From Caulobacteraceae bacterium (GTDB taxonomy: Bacteria; Pseudomonadota; Alphaproteobacteria; Caulobacterales; Caulobacteraceae), in NCBI GenBank assembly GCA_036267835.1, contig DATAVF010000130.1, positions 554 through 64,553 on the forward strand: DNA of 64,000 nucleotides, read 5' to 3'. Below, piece by piece: positions 27,937 through 37,137 of this stretch. Under the pieces are notes generated by a model, which did no database searches, was not told where the DNA came from, and saw only the letters and a program-made list of their open reading frames with translations. The first letter of the stretch is position 1. Every line of letters starts with the position of its first letter. Made by a program: the position numbers and the translations under genes.

Positions 27937-28716
27937 TCAGTACACCGCCAGGGGTGTGTCCTCGCCTAGCTCGCCGAGGATCACCATGCGCGATTGCTGC
28001 ATGTGGTAACGCCAGGTGGTCTCGGCCGAGGGTCCGTCGCGGGCAGCGATGGTGTCCACCAGCTGGCGGTGGATGCCCAGGGTCGACAGGTTGAGGTTCA
28101 TCTGGTGGTCCGGCCGGTTACGCGACACGAACCGCGTCAGGTGACGCAGGTAGAGCTCGTCCAGCATGCTGACGATCAGCGCCAGGGTGGTGTTGCCGGC
28201 CATGCTCACGACCAGCTGGTGGAAGCGCGTGGCCGCCTCGGCGAAGGTGGTCCAGTCGCCGAGATGCTCGGATTCGTAGTCGATGTGGGCGCGCAGTTCA
28301 GCCAGGTGTTCCTCGGTGCGGACGCTGGCCAGCAGGTTGATCAGCGGCGGCTCGATAATCAGGCGCGCGTCGAACATCTCCTTCAGCGTCGCGCCGCGGA
28401 TCTGCAGCAGCACGCCCACCGAGCGGGCGGCGGTGAGGTCGTCGGGCAGGGTGATGCGGGCGCCGCCGTGGGCGCCGCGCTTCACCTCGATCAGCGACTC
28501 GGCTTCGAGGATGCGAAAGGCCTCGCGCAGCGAGGCGCGCGAGACGTGGAACTCCGTCATCAGCTCGGCCTCGGAGGGCAATGCGTCGCCGACGCTCAGG
28601 TCGCCCTGCACCACGCGCCGCCGGATGGTCTCGGCAATCAGTTCGGCGGCTTTCGGAACGCGGATGGCGCGCTCGGATCGGGCGCCGGCAGCGGCTGCCT
28701 GGGAATGCTGTCTCAA
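27937..28716 (-). CDS. GntR family transcriptional regulator (FadR/FCD subfamily)
   Basis: HTH LPSEAELMTEFHVSRASLREAFRILEAESLIEVKRGAHGG followed by an all-helical FCD-like domain. No ATG near the N-terminus, so the proposed start is TTG at 28716 after GGGGAGA. The start is uncertain. Confidence 0.75.
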   Translation of the reverse strand: MRQHSQAAAAGARSERAIRVPKAAELIAETIRRRVVQGDLSVGDALPSEAELMTEFHVSRASLREAFRILEAESLIEVKRGAHGGARITLPDDLTAARSVGVLLQIRGATLKEMFDARLIIEPPLINLLASVRTEEHLAELRAHIDYESEHLGDWTTFAEAATRFHQLVVSMAGNTTLALIVSMLDELYLRHLTRFVSRNRPDHQMNLNLSTLGIHRQLVDTIAARDGPSAETTWRYHMQQSRMVILGELGEDTPLAVY

Positions 28717-28742
28717 CCGTTCTCCCCGGGCCTGCTTCGCCG

Positions 28743-28760
28743 AAATGGTAGTATTAAACT
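28743..28760. promoter_or_regulatory. AT-rich box AAATGGTAGTATTAAACT upstream of the GntR gene
   Basis: Lies between the esterase stop (28776) and the GntR start. Reverse strand reads AGTTTAATACTACC, related to the TTA-N-ACTAT boxes. Confidence 0.25.
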
Positions 28761-28775
28761 GCGCTGCTGTCGCGG

Positions 28776-29807
28776 CTAGCGGCGAGCGAAGTTGGCGAGG
28801 TGGCTGGCGGTGTCGCGGCTGATGTCCGGGCAGGCCATGGCGAAGATTTCGGTGGCGTGCAGCGTGCCCATCACCTGGCGGCAGCGGGCGGGCGCGCCGA
28901 CGGCGAGCAGGCGGCGGTAAAAGTCGATCCCCTCGTCGCGCAGCGGGTCGCACTCGTTGACGCTGATGACGGTCGGCGGGAAGCCGCGCAGGTCGTCGTC
29001 GGAGGCGAAGGCCGGCCAGGCCAGCGGGTCCTGCGCACGGAAGGCCTCGATGCCGTAGGCCATGGCCGCGCGGTTATTGTGCAGGTCGCCCAGGATGCCA
29101 AAGTTGTTCAGGGACGAGGGATAGCGCGCCTGCGGCCACTCGCCGGCGATGTAGGGGCACATCGCATAGAGGCCCTTGATCAGGCCCAGCTCGCCGCCCC
29201 GCTTCAGCTTCAGGCCTGTGGCGAGCGTCAGGTTGCCGCCGCCGCTCTCGCCCGCGACGACGATGCGGGCCGGATCGATGCCCAGCGTCGCGGCGTTGGC
29301 GTGGACCCAGCGCACCCCGCTGACGCAGTCGTTGAGGCCGGCCGGGAAGGGTGCGACCTCGCGGGCCGACGAGGCCACGAGGGCGTTGCGGAAGTCCACC
29401 ATCACCACCGCCAGCCCCTCGGCGGCCACGATCCGGCCCCAGGCGCGGTACTGGCCATCGAAAGCCGAGAGCGAGGTCATGCCGCCGCCGTGCAGGTAGA
29501 CGACGCCGGGCAGCACCGCCTCGCCCTGCGGCCGGATCACGTGGGCTTTGATCCGGTTGCCGTCCGGCTGCGAGACGAACTCCACCGTGCGCATGGCGAG
29601 GCCCGCAGAGGGCGCCGTCGCCTCGGTGTCGTTGGCGCCGAAGAGGGCCTTGAACTGCGCCCAGCCCTCCCGCGCCGCGTCGGTGTCCTCCTCGGCCAGC
29701 TGCTGGTCGCGGCTGGCGGCGTCGCCAGCCGGCGGCAGCTGCGGCAGATGGCCGAGCAGGGCCTTGATGCGCGGATCGACGCGCAGGTCTTCCGCCAGCT
29801 TGACCAT
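28776..29807 (-). CDS. Alpha/beta hydrolase, hormone-sensitive-lipase-type carboxylesterase
   Basis: 343 aa. VVYLHGGGM oxyanion motif and GESGGGN nucleophile elbow. Confidence 0.85.
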   Translation of the reverse strand: MVKLAEDLRVDPRIKALLGHLPQLPPAGDAASRDQQLAEEDTDAAREGWAQFKALFGANDTEATAPSAGLAMRTVEFVSQPDGNRIKAHVIRPQGEAVLPGVVYLHGGGMTSLSAFDGQYRAWGRIVAAEGLAVVMVDFRNALVASSAREVAPFPAGLNDCVSGVRWVHANAATLGIDPARIVVAGESGGGNLTLATGLKLKRGGELGLIKGLYAMCPYIAGEWPQARYPSSLNNFGILGDLHNNRAAMAYGIEAFRAQDPLAWPAFASDDDLRGFPPTVISVNECDPLRDEGIDFYRRLLAVGAPARCRQVMGTLHATEIFAMACPDISRDTASHLANFARR

Positions 29808-29837
29808 CAGAACCGCTCCGCGGGATTTGGCTTTTGT

Positions 29838-32057
29838 TCAGAACGACTTGCGCAGCTCCACGCCGACCACGCGCGGATCGCCGAGGTAGGCGACATAGAC
29901 GCCCGTGGCCAGCGGCGCACCGAAGACGTAGTTCTTGTACTTCGTGTCGGTGAGGTTGTTGGCGAACAGCGAGACTTCCAGGCCGTGCTGGTCGCGCACG
30001 CCGATGCGGGCGTTGGCGATGGCGTAGCCCGGCAGGTAGGTGTTGGGATCGTTGTTGGAGGTCTCGATCAGGCTCTTGTAGCCGACGTCGAAGCGGATGA
30101 ATCCGTTCCACTTGCTGGTGACCGGGCGCTCGTAGTTCCCGGACACGTTGAACGTCCATTTCGGCGCGCCCGAGAGCGGCAGCCCCGACTGGTCGCAGAC
30201 ACCGGCGACGCCCGGCGGGCACTGGCCGTCCGGGAAGGACGTGAAGTGGGCGTCGAGGTAGCTGCCGTTGGCCGAGAGGGTCAGGCCCTCGATGGGGCGC
30301 GCGTTGATTTCGAACTCGACCCCGCGGCTCACGAACGAGGCGGCGTTACGGGTGATCAGGTTGGTGCCGTCCCAGGCCAGCGCCTGGAAGTTGTCGTAGT
30401 TGGTCCAGTAGAGCGCCACGTCGATGCTGAGCTTGTGGTCGAGCAGGTCGGACTTCAGGCCCAGTTCGTAGTCGATGTTGGTCTCGGGCTCGAATTGGAT
30501 GCCGGTAAGGTTGGCCAGTCGGGTCAAGTCGAAGCCGCCGGGCTTGAAGCCGGTGGCGATGCTCGCATAGGCCGTCACGTCCGGCGTCACCTTGTAGCTG
30601 AGGTTGGTCTGCCAGGTCAGATCCCGGTCGTCGCGCCTTGCGGTGTCCGGTCCGAGGTCCGGGAAAATGACGTTGGTCGAGCGCTGCACGAAGAGGGCTG
30701 TCTGCGGCTCGGCCGAGTAGCGCAAGCCGCCCGAGATGGTGAGCTGGTCGGTCAGGTGATAGTCGAGGTGGCCGAACACCGCGTACGACGCGTCGTCGAC
30801 GACCTCGTAGTTGTAGGTGGGGCCGGGCTCGCCGGGAATGATCAGGAAGCTGGCGTCGGAGCCGATCGGCAGGGTGTCGAACTCGGTCGAGTGGCGCCAG
30901 AAGTAGAACAGGCCGACCACGTATTCGAGCTTCTGGCCGGACGGCGAGGTGAAGCGCAGTTCCTCGCTCGCCTGCTTGTGGTTCTGGTGGATCGCGAAAC
31001 CGTCCAGCAGATTGAACGGCAGCTCGTCGACGTCGCTGATCGGGAAGGCGTCCCACTCGCGGTATGACGCCAGCGAGGTGATGGTGCCGATGGGCAGATG
31101 CCAGTTCAGTTCGGCGGTGATGCCGCCGCCGCTGTTGGGATTGGTGTTGACGCCGTCCTCGATGGTCTCGCGGTTGTAAGGGGAGCCGGGCGGCACGACC
31201 GGGGCCACCGGGTAGCCGAGGCTGTTGCCACCGGGCAGGACGCTGGAGATCACCACGGAACAGCACTGGCTGGTCTCGTGCTGGTAATCCGCGGTGATGG
31301 TCGCGTCGAAGTCGTCCTTCTTGAACTCCAGCTTGCCGCGCACGCCGTCCTTGTGGAGGTTGTCCACGTGCTCGTTGCGCACCGGGTCGTAGGTGTAGCC
31401 GTCGTGGTTGTCCGAATAGCCGGCGAGGCTGAAGCCAAGCTCGTCGGGGACGATCGGGCCGGTGACCATGCCGCGCACACGCACGTCGTTGTAGCTGCCG
31501 TAGCTGGCCTCGAACTCGCCGCGATAACCGGTGAGGCTGGGCGGCTGGGTGATGATGTTGATCAGGCCGCCGGCGGTGTTCATCCCGAACAGGGTGCCCT
31601 GCGGGCCGCGCAGCACCTCGATGCGCTGGATGTCGACGAAGTCCTGCGTCGTGCCCATGCCGGTGCGCGACATGAAGACGCCGTCGATGAAGACGCCGAT
31701 CGACGCCTGCTGCCCGATGTCGGCCTGCTGGGTGGAGACGCCGCGTATCTCGATCGTCGAGGTGCGCGAGTCGCCCTCCTGCAGCGAGAGCATGTTCGGC
31801 GTGATGGTCGCCAGGTCGTTGAAGTTGACGAAGCCGTGCTGGGTCAGCGTCGCGCCTGACACCGCCGAGATCGAGATCGGAACATCCTTGATGTTCTCCT
31901 CACGCTTCTGCGCCGTGACGATCAGTTCCTGCACCTGGCCTGGCGCGGACGCCGAGACGGCGGTGTCGGCCATGGCCGGGCTGGCCGCGAGCGCGGTGAG
32001 CGCCAGAGCCGAAGCCGTTGCAACGAGTACGAGCCGTCCCTGCCGTCTTCCAGCCAC
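29838..32057 (-). CDS. TonB-dependent receptor
   Basis: 739 aa. Signal peptide ending ASPAMA. QELIVTAQKREENIKDVP. Plug RIEVLRGPQGTLFG. C-terminal ...VGVELRKSF. Confidence 0.9.
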   Translation of the reverse strand: MAGRRQGRLVLVATASALALTALAASPAMADTAVSASAPGQVQELIVTAQKREENIKDVPISISAVSGATLTQHGFVNFNDLATITPNMLSLQEGDSRTSTIEIRGVSTQQADIGQQASIGVFIDGVFMSRTGMGTTQDFVDIQRIEVLRGPQGTLFGMNTAGGLINIITQPPSLTGYRGEFEASYGSYNDVRVRGMVTGPIVPDELGFSLAGYSDNHDGYTYDPVRNEHVDNLHKDGVRGKLEFKKDDFDATITADYQHETSQCCSVVISSVLPGGNSLGYPVAPVVPPGSPYNRETIEDGVNTNPNSGGGITAELNWHLPIGTITSLASYREWDAFPISDVDELPFNLLDGFAIHQNHKQASEELRFTSPSGQKLEYVVGLFYFWRHSTEFDTLPIGSDASFLIIPGEPGPTYNYEVVDDASYAVFGHLDYHLTDQLTISGGLRYSAEPQTALFVQRSTNVIFPDLGPDTARRDDRDLTWQTNLSYKVTPDVTAYASIATGFKPGGFDLTRLANLTGIQFEPETNIDYELGLKSDLLDHKLSIDVALYWTNYDNFQALAWDGTNLITRNAASFVSRGVEFEINARPIEGLTLSANGSYLDAHFTSFPDGQCPPGVAGVCDQSGLPLSGAPKWTFNVSGNYERPVTSKWNGFIRFDVGYKSLIETSNNDPNTYLPGYAIANARIGVRDQHGLEVSLFANNLTDTKYKNYVFGAPLATGVYVAYLGDPRVVGVELRKSF

Positions 32058-32315
32058 GCCGCTTCCCCCGAATTGTGTTGTCCGGCCGAATGTCCCCCGG
32101 CCGTTTCGGGATAAAGATCACACTGATTATCCTGATTGTCAAACGAGCCCTCGTCGGGGAGGCGAGACTGGCGCGACTTGAGGAAAGGGCCGCTTCTGGC
32201 CTCCGGAGACCCCGCGGGGCAGCCGGGCGAAGTCTGGGACGTGTTGGGGTGGGGCGCGCGAGCGCCTGTTTCGGCGCGTCGCCCTGAGCAGCTTTCTACA
32301 TCCTCGGCAGGGCGG

Positions 32316-33425
32316 TCACCGGCGGTCGGCCGCGAGGGCGTAGGCGGTGTTGAGGGCCGTGGCGAAGAGCTGCGCGCGGGGATAGCGGATGTCGTCGCCG
32401 GGCCCCGGCTGACCCACGTGCGTGGTAGCCGCAGTCGCGACCGCGACGCGCCGCTCGGGATCGATCCAGGTCGACGTCCTGGCGCCAAGGGTCGAGCCCG
32501 GGTGTCCCCACACGTCGCTGCCGGCCCAGGCGCGGCGCTCGATGCCGAGGCCATATTCCGTCCCCAGGCTCATCGCGAAGTGGGGCGTCGCGCTGGGCTT
32601 GGCGATGCGCTCCGTCAGATCGTGCAGCGAGATCCCGAGGGGGCTGTCCGGGCGCAGGAGGCTGGCATAGATCGCAATCGCGTCGCGAGCGTTGCAAAGG
32701 CCATCGCCGGCGCCGAAGCCCCAGCTCACCTCGCCCGAGATGTCGACCGGGGCCGGCGCGCCGGCGATCGACATGTAGCAGCGCATGCGCTCGCCGGGCG
32801 GAATGAGGCCACCAAAGCCGCTGGCCTTCAGCCCAAGCGGCTGCACGATCCGAGCATCGACGGTCGCGCCATAGGGTTTGCCGCCGACCGCCTCGATGAT
32901 CATGGCCGCGACCACCCAGCCGGTGTTCGAATAGTCGAAGCAGGCGCCGGGCTCGAACAGCTGCCCCTGTGGCAGCGCCAGAGCGAGCAGGTCTCGGGGC
33001 GCAAAGGGGATGCGCACGTCGGGCCGGACGCCGAACATCGCGGTTGTGTATTCGCCCAGCCCCGAGGTGTTCATCAGCAGGTGGCGCACGGTGATCCGGG
33101 GATCGATGGGCAGATCGACATAGCTCACCGCCGGCGCGTCGAGATCGAGAAGGCCTTCGCGCGCCATGAGCAGCAAGGTCATCGCGGCGACCGTCTTGCT
33201 TTGGCTGCCGATCTGGAAGATGTCGCCCGGGCCGATCTCGCGCGTCCGCTCGAGGTTCGAATGGCCGGCCGTGACGGTTACCCGGCCAACCCCCTCAACA
33301 TCGATCGCGACGAGCGCGCCGAGGTTGCCCAGCCGGTCAACGAGATCATCCACCACGCGTTCAAAACGCACGAGCGCGTCGGCCGCCGCGGCCGAGGCGG
33401 GCTGGAAACTGCTGTGTACGGTCAT
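32316..33425 (-). CDS. Beta-lactamase-fold serine hydrolase (paralog A)
   Basis: ATG at 33425 within ORF 32316..34556 (MTVHSSFQPASAAAADALVRFERVV...). SxxK nucleophile motif SQSK. 369 aa. Confidence 0.85.
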   Translation of the reverse strand: MTVHSSFQPASAAAADALVRFERVVDDLVDRLGNLGALVAIDVEGVGRVTVTAGHSNLERTREIGPGDIFQIGSQSKTVAAMTLLLMAREGLLDLDAPAVSYVDLPIDPRITVRHLLMNTSGLGEYTTAMFGVRPDVRIPFAPRDLLALALPQGQLFEPGACFDYSNTGWVVAAMIIEAVGGKPYGATVDARIVQPLGLKASGFGGLIPPGERMRCYMSIAGAPAPVDISGEVSWGFGAGDGLCNARDAIAIYASLLRPDSPLGISLHDLTERIAKPSATPHFAMSLGTEYGLGIERRAWAGSDVWGHPGSTLGARTSTWIDPERRVAVATAATTHVGQPGPGDDIRYPRAQLFATALNTAYALAADRR

Positions 33426-33439
33426 GGAATTCCTGCCGC

Positions 33440-35794
33440 CTAGGCGAGGTCGCGCAGCATCATGGCCCGGTTCGCCGCCGCGCCCTGAGCTGTCCATTCG
33501 AGCTTGAAATCGGCCGGCGGCTCTACGCCCAGCAGGTGCCGCACGAAATAACTCCAGATCCGCTGGATCGCGTAGGGGCTCTCCGACAGCACGGCGTGCG
33601 TCACGCCGGGAAGGATCAGCTGGTCGAAGTCCTTGCCGGCCGCAATCAGCGCCGCCGACAGCGCCAGGGTGTGGCCGGGATGAACGTTGTCGTCCATGTC
33701 GCCATGGATCAGCAGCAGCTTGCCCATGAGCTTGTGGGCGACAGTGACATTCGCCTGCGCGTCCCGTTCGGGGTCTCCTGGCCGAGCCCCGTAGCGGTCG
33801 AGCCAGGTGCCGACGTAGTTGCGGTTGTCGTGATTGCCGCAGAGCGCGACGCCGACCTTGAACAGCTCCGGATAGTCGAACATCGCCCGCGCCGTGGCGT
33901 GGCCGCCGCCCGACATCCCGAACATGCCGACGCGGTTGAGGTCGAGGAACGCATGGCGCTCGCAGAGCTGCGCGATGACCGCGGCGTGGTCGCTGAGCTG
34001 CGGCTCCAGCAGGCGGCCCTTGCCGGCATGGTGGAAGGCGCGGTCGCGGCCAGGCATGCCCCGCGTCTCGAGCAGGATGCCCACCAAGCCCAGTTCGGCG
34101 ACCGACTGCATCTGCGCCCCGTGGACACTGGGAAACCGCCGCGTCAGCCAATTGGTCTGCGGGCCGGGATAGATGAAGTCGACCAGCGGATAGGACTTCG
34201 TCGCATCGAAGTCCGACGGGAAAAACATTGCGCCAACCAGCCGGGTGACCCCGTCGGCCGCCACGGCCTCGAACAGCTCGGGCTTCGGCGCCGACCAGAG
34301 GGCGTCGATGTTCAACCTGGCGATCTCGAGCGCCTCGCCCGTGACGGTGTCGATCACCAGGGTGCGGGTCGCGAGGTCCACGGCGCCCAGGCTGGCCGCG
34401 ACGTAGCGGCCGTCGGCCGAGGCGCCGCTCGGCGCATAGGACGGGCGCGCCGGCTTGAGCTGGTCGACGCCCGACACGGGGTTCGGCTTGACCGCCAGAT
34501 CGCCATCGGCGGCGAAGATCGTCTCGAAGCCGCCTCCGTCGAAGCCGACCCGGCACAGCCGCCGCTGGATCGGATCGCGATCCCCGTCGAAGCCGCTGGC
34601 AAGGAAGAGGATGCGCCGCGCGGCCTCATCCACGTGCACGATCTCGCGCACCACCCACGGCCCTTCAGTGATGCGGTGCTTCAGCGCGCCGCTGGCCAGA
34701 TCGTGCAGATAGAGATGCCCGCGCCCGTCGGCCTGCGAGTACCAGATCAGCTCGCCGGATCCGTGCAGCGGCTGCACCATCGGCTGCGCCAGCAGGTTCG
34801 CGGTCAGGTCGATCCACCCGCTCTCGGCCGTCTCGGCCAACACGGTCCGCAGGGCGCCGGAGCCGAGGTCCATGGCCACCAGGGCGACGGCCGAGGAGAA
34901 GCGATCCCACTCGAAGAAGTAGAGGCATTCGTCGGTGAACCAGCACTGGCGGAACATGAATGGAGAATAGGCTTGCGACGCCACCAGCCGCTCGGCGGCG
35001 CGGACGACGCGGCCGCTGGGGAGGTGGATGGCGAGGAACTCGGTCTTGGGCGGATCGGCGTCCGGGCCGCGGACCTTGAAGATGCGCGCGGCGGGACGCC
35101 GGTTTCCGGCGGGGACATGTTCGACCAAGGCGCCCTCGGGAAGGCTGCGCTCGTCGATCCGGTGGGTCGCGAACCATTGCGAATCCCGCGACCACAGGCC
35201 GGCCGGCATCCGCGACTGGCGGGCGGCCAGCGGCGCGGTGCCCGATTCCGGCATGGCGCCGTAGGCATGGTGCGCCTCGCCGTCCGAGGTCAGGCGCCGA
35301 GCCTCGCCCGATGCCCGATCCCGGACCCAGAGGTCGTGATCTTGCAGGAAGCAGGACAGCCGGCCGTCCGGCGCGTGCAGAGCCGGCACCGGTTCAAAGG
35401 TCTCTGTCTTGACCAGCGCCGGCCCGGCCAGGGCGATGTGAAAAGCGTCAGGGCCCAGGATGACCACCAGGGTGTCGGCGTCGGGCATGTCGTATTGCGC
35501 GGCGGCCAGATGCGCCGGCAGGACCTCAGTCTCGCCAGACCGCGTGATCAGCGCGGCCAACGCCTCGACGGAGAGGACTGGCGAGACGCGGCCGCTGCGG
35601 GCATCGACGATCGACGGCGCCAGGCGCTGCTGGCCGCCGGCGATGTCGGAGACGCAGAAGAAGTAGCGATGGTCGTCGATCCAGTAGCCGTCGCCCACGG
35701 CGCCGGAGAGCCTGGGTCCCAGAAGCTGCGGCAGGAAGGTCGCCGCGCGCCGATAGGTGTCGGCCGCCAGGGTCTCGAACTTCAGGGAACTCAT
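33440..35794 (-). CDS. S9 family serine peptidase (prolyl oligopeptidase / dipeptidyl-peptidase type)
   Basis: ATG at 35794 (MSSLKFETLAADTYRR), ATGA overlap with the MFS stop. C-terminal catalytic domain with GMSGGGH and LLLIHGDMDDNVHPGHT. Confidence 0.85.
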   Translation of the reverse strand: MSSLKFETLAADTYRRAATFLPQLLGPRLSGAVGDGYWIDDHRYFFCVSDIAGGQQRLAPSIVDARSGRVSPVLSVEALAALITRSGETEVLPAHLAAAQYDMPDADTLVVILGPDAFHIALAGPALVKTETFEPVPALHAPDGRLSCFLQDHDLWVRDRASGEARRLTSDGEAHHAYGAMPESGTAPLAARQSRMPAGLWSRDSQWFATHRIDERSLPEGALVEHVPAGNRRPAARIFKVRGPDADPPKTEFLAIHLPSGRVVRAAERLVASQAYSPFMFRQCWFTDECLYFFEWDRFSSAVALVAMDLGSGALRTVLAETAESGWIDLTANLLAQPMVQPLHGSGELIWYSQADGRGHLYLHDLASGALKHRITEGPWVVREIVHVDEAARRILFLASGFDGDRDPIQRRLCRVGFDGGGFETIFAADGDLAVKPNPVSGVDQLKPARPSYAPSGASADGRYVAASLGAVDLATRTLVIDTVTGEALEIARLNIDALWSAPKPELFEAVAADGVTRLVGAMFFPSDFDATKSYPLVDFIYPGPQTNWLTRRFPSVHGAQMQSVAELGLVGILLETRGMPGRDRAFHHAGKGRLLEPQLSDHAAVIAQLCERHAFLDLNRVGMFGMSGGGHATARAMFDYPELFKVGVALCGNHDNRNYVGTWLDRYGARPGDPERDAQANVTVAHKLMGKLLLIHGDMDDNVHPGHTLALSAALIAAGKDFDQLILPGVTHAVLSESPYAIQRIWSYFVRHLLGVEPPADFKLEWTAQGAAANRAMMLRDLA

Positions 35795-37137
35795 GCCGCA
35801 TGCCCTCGTGTGATGGCGACGCTGGGGGGGCCGGGAGCGCGCGCCCGGCTCGCCGCCCAGAAGCACACGGCCGCGACGGCCGCCAGCGGCGCCGCGACCA
35901 CCGCCATGGCGGCGCCGATCATCTGGTCACCCCCGAGCAGGGACCCGACATAGCCCACCAGCGGCGAGCCGATCATCCCGGCGATCGCGATCAGCACGAC
36001 GTAGGCGCCCATGGAGAGGCCCCGCAGTTCGTTGGGGAGCTGGAAGTTGATCGCGGTGACCGGAATGAAGATCGCGACGTCGTTCAGGAACAGGAAGAAG
36101 ACGTAGAGGACGGCAAATCCGGCGACGTTGGGCATCAGCCCCATGGCCGTGCAGGGCACGATCAGGAGGGTCGTGATCGCTGCCGGCAGCAGCATGGCGC
36201 GGTTGCCGCCGCGGGCGCGCGCCGCGTTGATCAGCTTCCCGGCGGCGGCGACCGCGGCCAGGCCGCAGACGATGGTGATGACGCTGGCCGGGAGGGCGAA
36301 GTCGCCAGGCTGCAGCTTGTAGAGCCGCATGAGCGCGGGCGCCAAGAAGGTGTAGAGACCGCTCGAGGCCCCGCTGAGGCACATGATGCCGAGAAACAGC
36401 GGTACGAGAGTTGCACGAAATTCCCAAAGCTCGCGGAACGCGCCCTTGTCGGCGCTTCGGATTTCCATCCGCGCCGGTTCCCGCGTCGCCAGCAGCAGCG
36501 GCGGGATGAGGATCCCGACCACGGCGAAGATGAGCGAAACGACGCGCCACGGCGCCAGGCCGCCAAGAGCGCGGGGATCGTGCGCGACCCAGGTGACGAG
36601 GGCCGAATAGCCCAGGCCCCCGACCAGCAACGCGGCGACCCGTCCGAGCTGCTGGCCGACGCCATAGCTGAGGGAGCCGAAGGCGCGCCGGTCCGGGGCG
36701 AAGAAGTCCGACAGCAAGGAGATCGCCGCAGGATAGGTCATCGCGGCGCTCACTCCCGAGACGACCTTGGATAGCACGAGCATCCCGAGGCCGTGAGACA
36801 GCCCTGTCAACACCATGCTGGCGCAGTTCAGCGTGACCGCGGCCATCAGCAGGCGAACACGCGGCAAGCGGTCGGCGAGCAGGCCGGCCGGCGCAGCGAG
36901 CACGCCGTAGGCGGCGAAGTAGGCGGTGCCGTAGGCCAGCCCCACCTGGACGTCGGCCAGCTTGAGCTCATGCTTGATCGGCTCGATCAGCAGGCCGACG
37001 ACCTGGCTGTCCATCGCGCTGAACAGCGCAACGAGGGCCAGCACCACCTGGGCGTAGCGCGCTCGCCCCACGCTCGGATAGAACGCGGCCTCCAGCGCGA
37101 CGCTCATGTCGGGTCTCGCGGCCCGCGGTGTCGTCAT
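35791..37137 (-). CDS. MFS transporter
   Basis: ATG at 37137 (MTTPRAARPDMSVALEAAFY...), ATGA overlap with the TonB-receptor stop. Multiple hydrophobic segments. An alternative start exists at 37107. Confidence 0.85.
   Translation of the reverse strand: MTTPRAARPDMSVALEAAFYPSVGRARYAQVVLALVALFSAMDSQVVGLLIEPIKHELKLADVQVGLAYGTAYFAAYGVLAAPAGLLADRLPRVRLLMAAVTLNCASMVLTGLSHGLGMLVLSKVVSGVSAAMTYPAAISLLSDFFAPDRRAFGSLSYGVGQQLGRVAALLVGGLGYSALVTWVAHDPRALGGLAPWRVVSLIFAVVGILIPPLLLATREPARMEIRSADKGAFRELWEFRATLVPLFLGIMCLSGASSGLYTFLAPALMRLYKLQPGDFALPASVITIVCGLAAVAAAGKLINAARARGGNRAMLLPAAITTLLIVPCTAMGLMPNVAGFAVLYVFFLFLNDVAIFIPVTAINFQLPNELRGLSMGAYVVLIAIAGMIGSPLVGYVGSLLGGDQMIGAAMAVVAAPLAAVAAVCFWAASRARAPGPPSVAITRGHAA

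Noticed and set aside
33426-34556. Upstream extension of ORF 32316..34556, and similarly 17337..18443 of ORF 16593..18443
   Set aside because: Extensions overlap the S9 peptidase and TauD genes respectively and are compositionally shadow-like. Internal ATGs with RBS give family-typical N-termini.
33536-35953. 805-aa plus-strand ORF
   Set aside because: Antisense to the S9 peptidase gene (GMSGGGH and catalytic Asp/His blocks on the minus strand). No motifs of its own.
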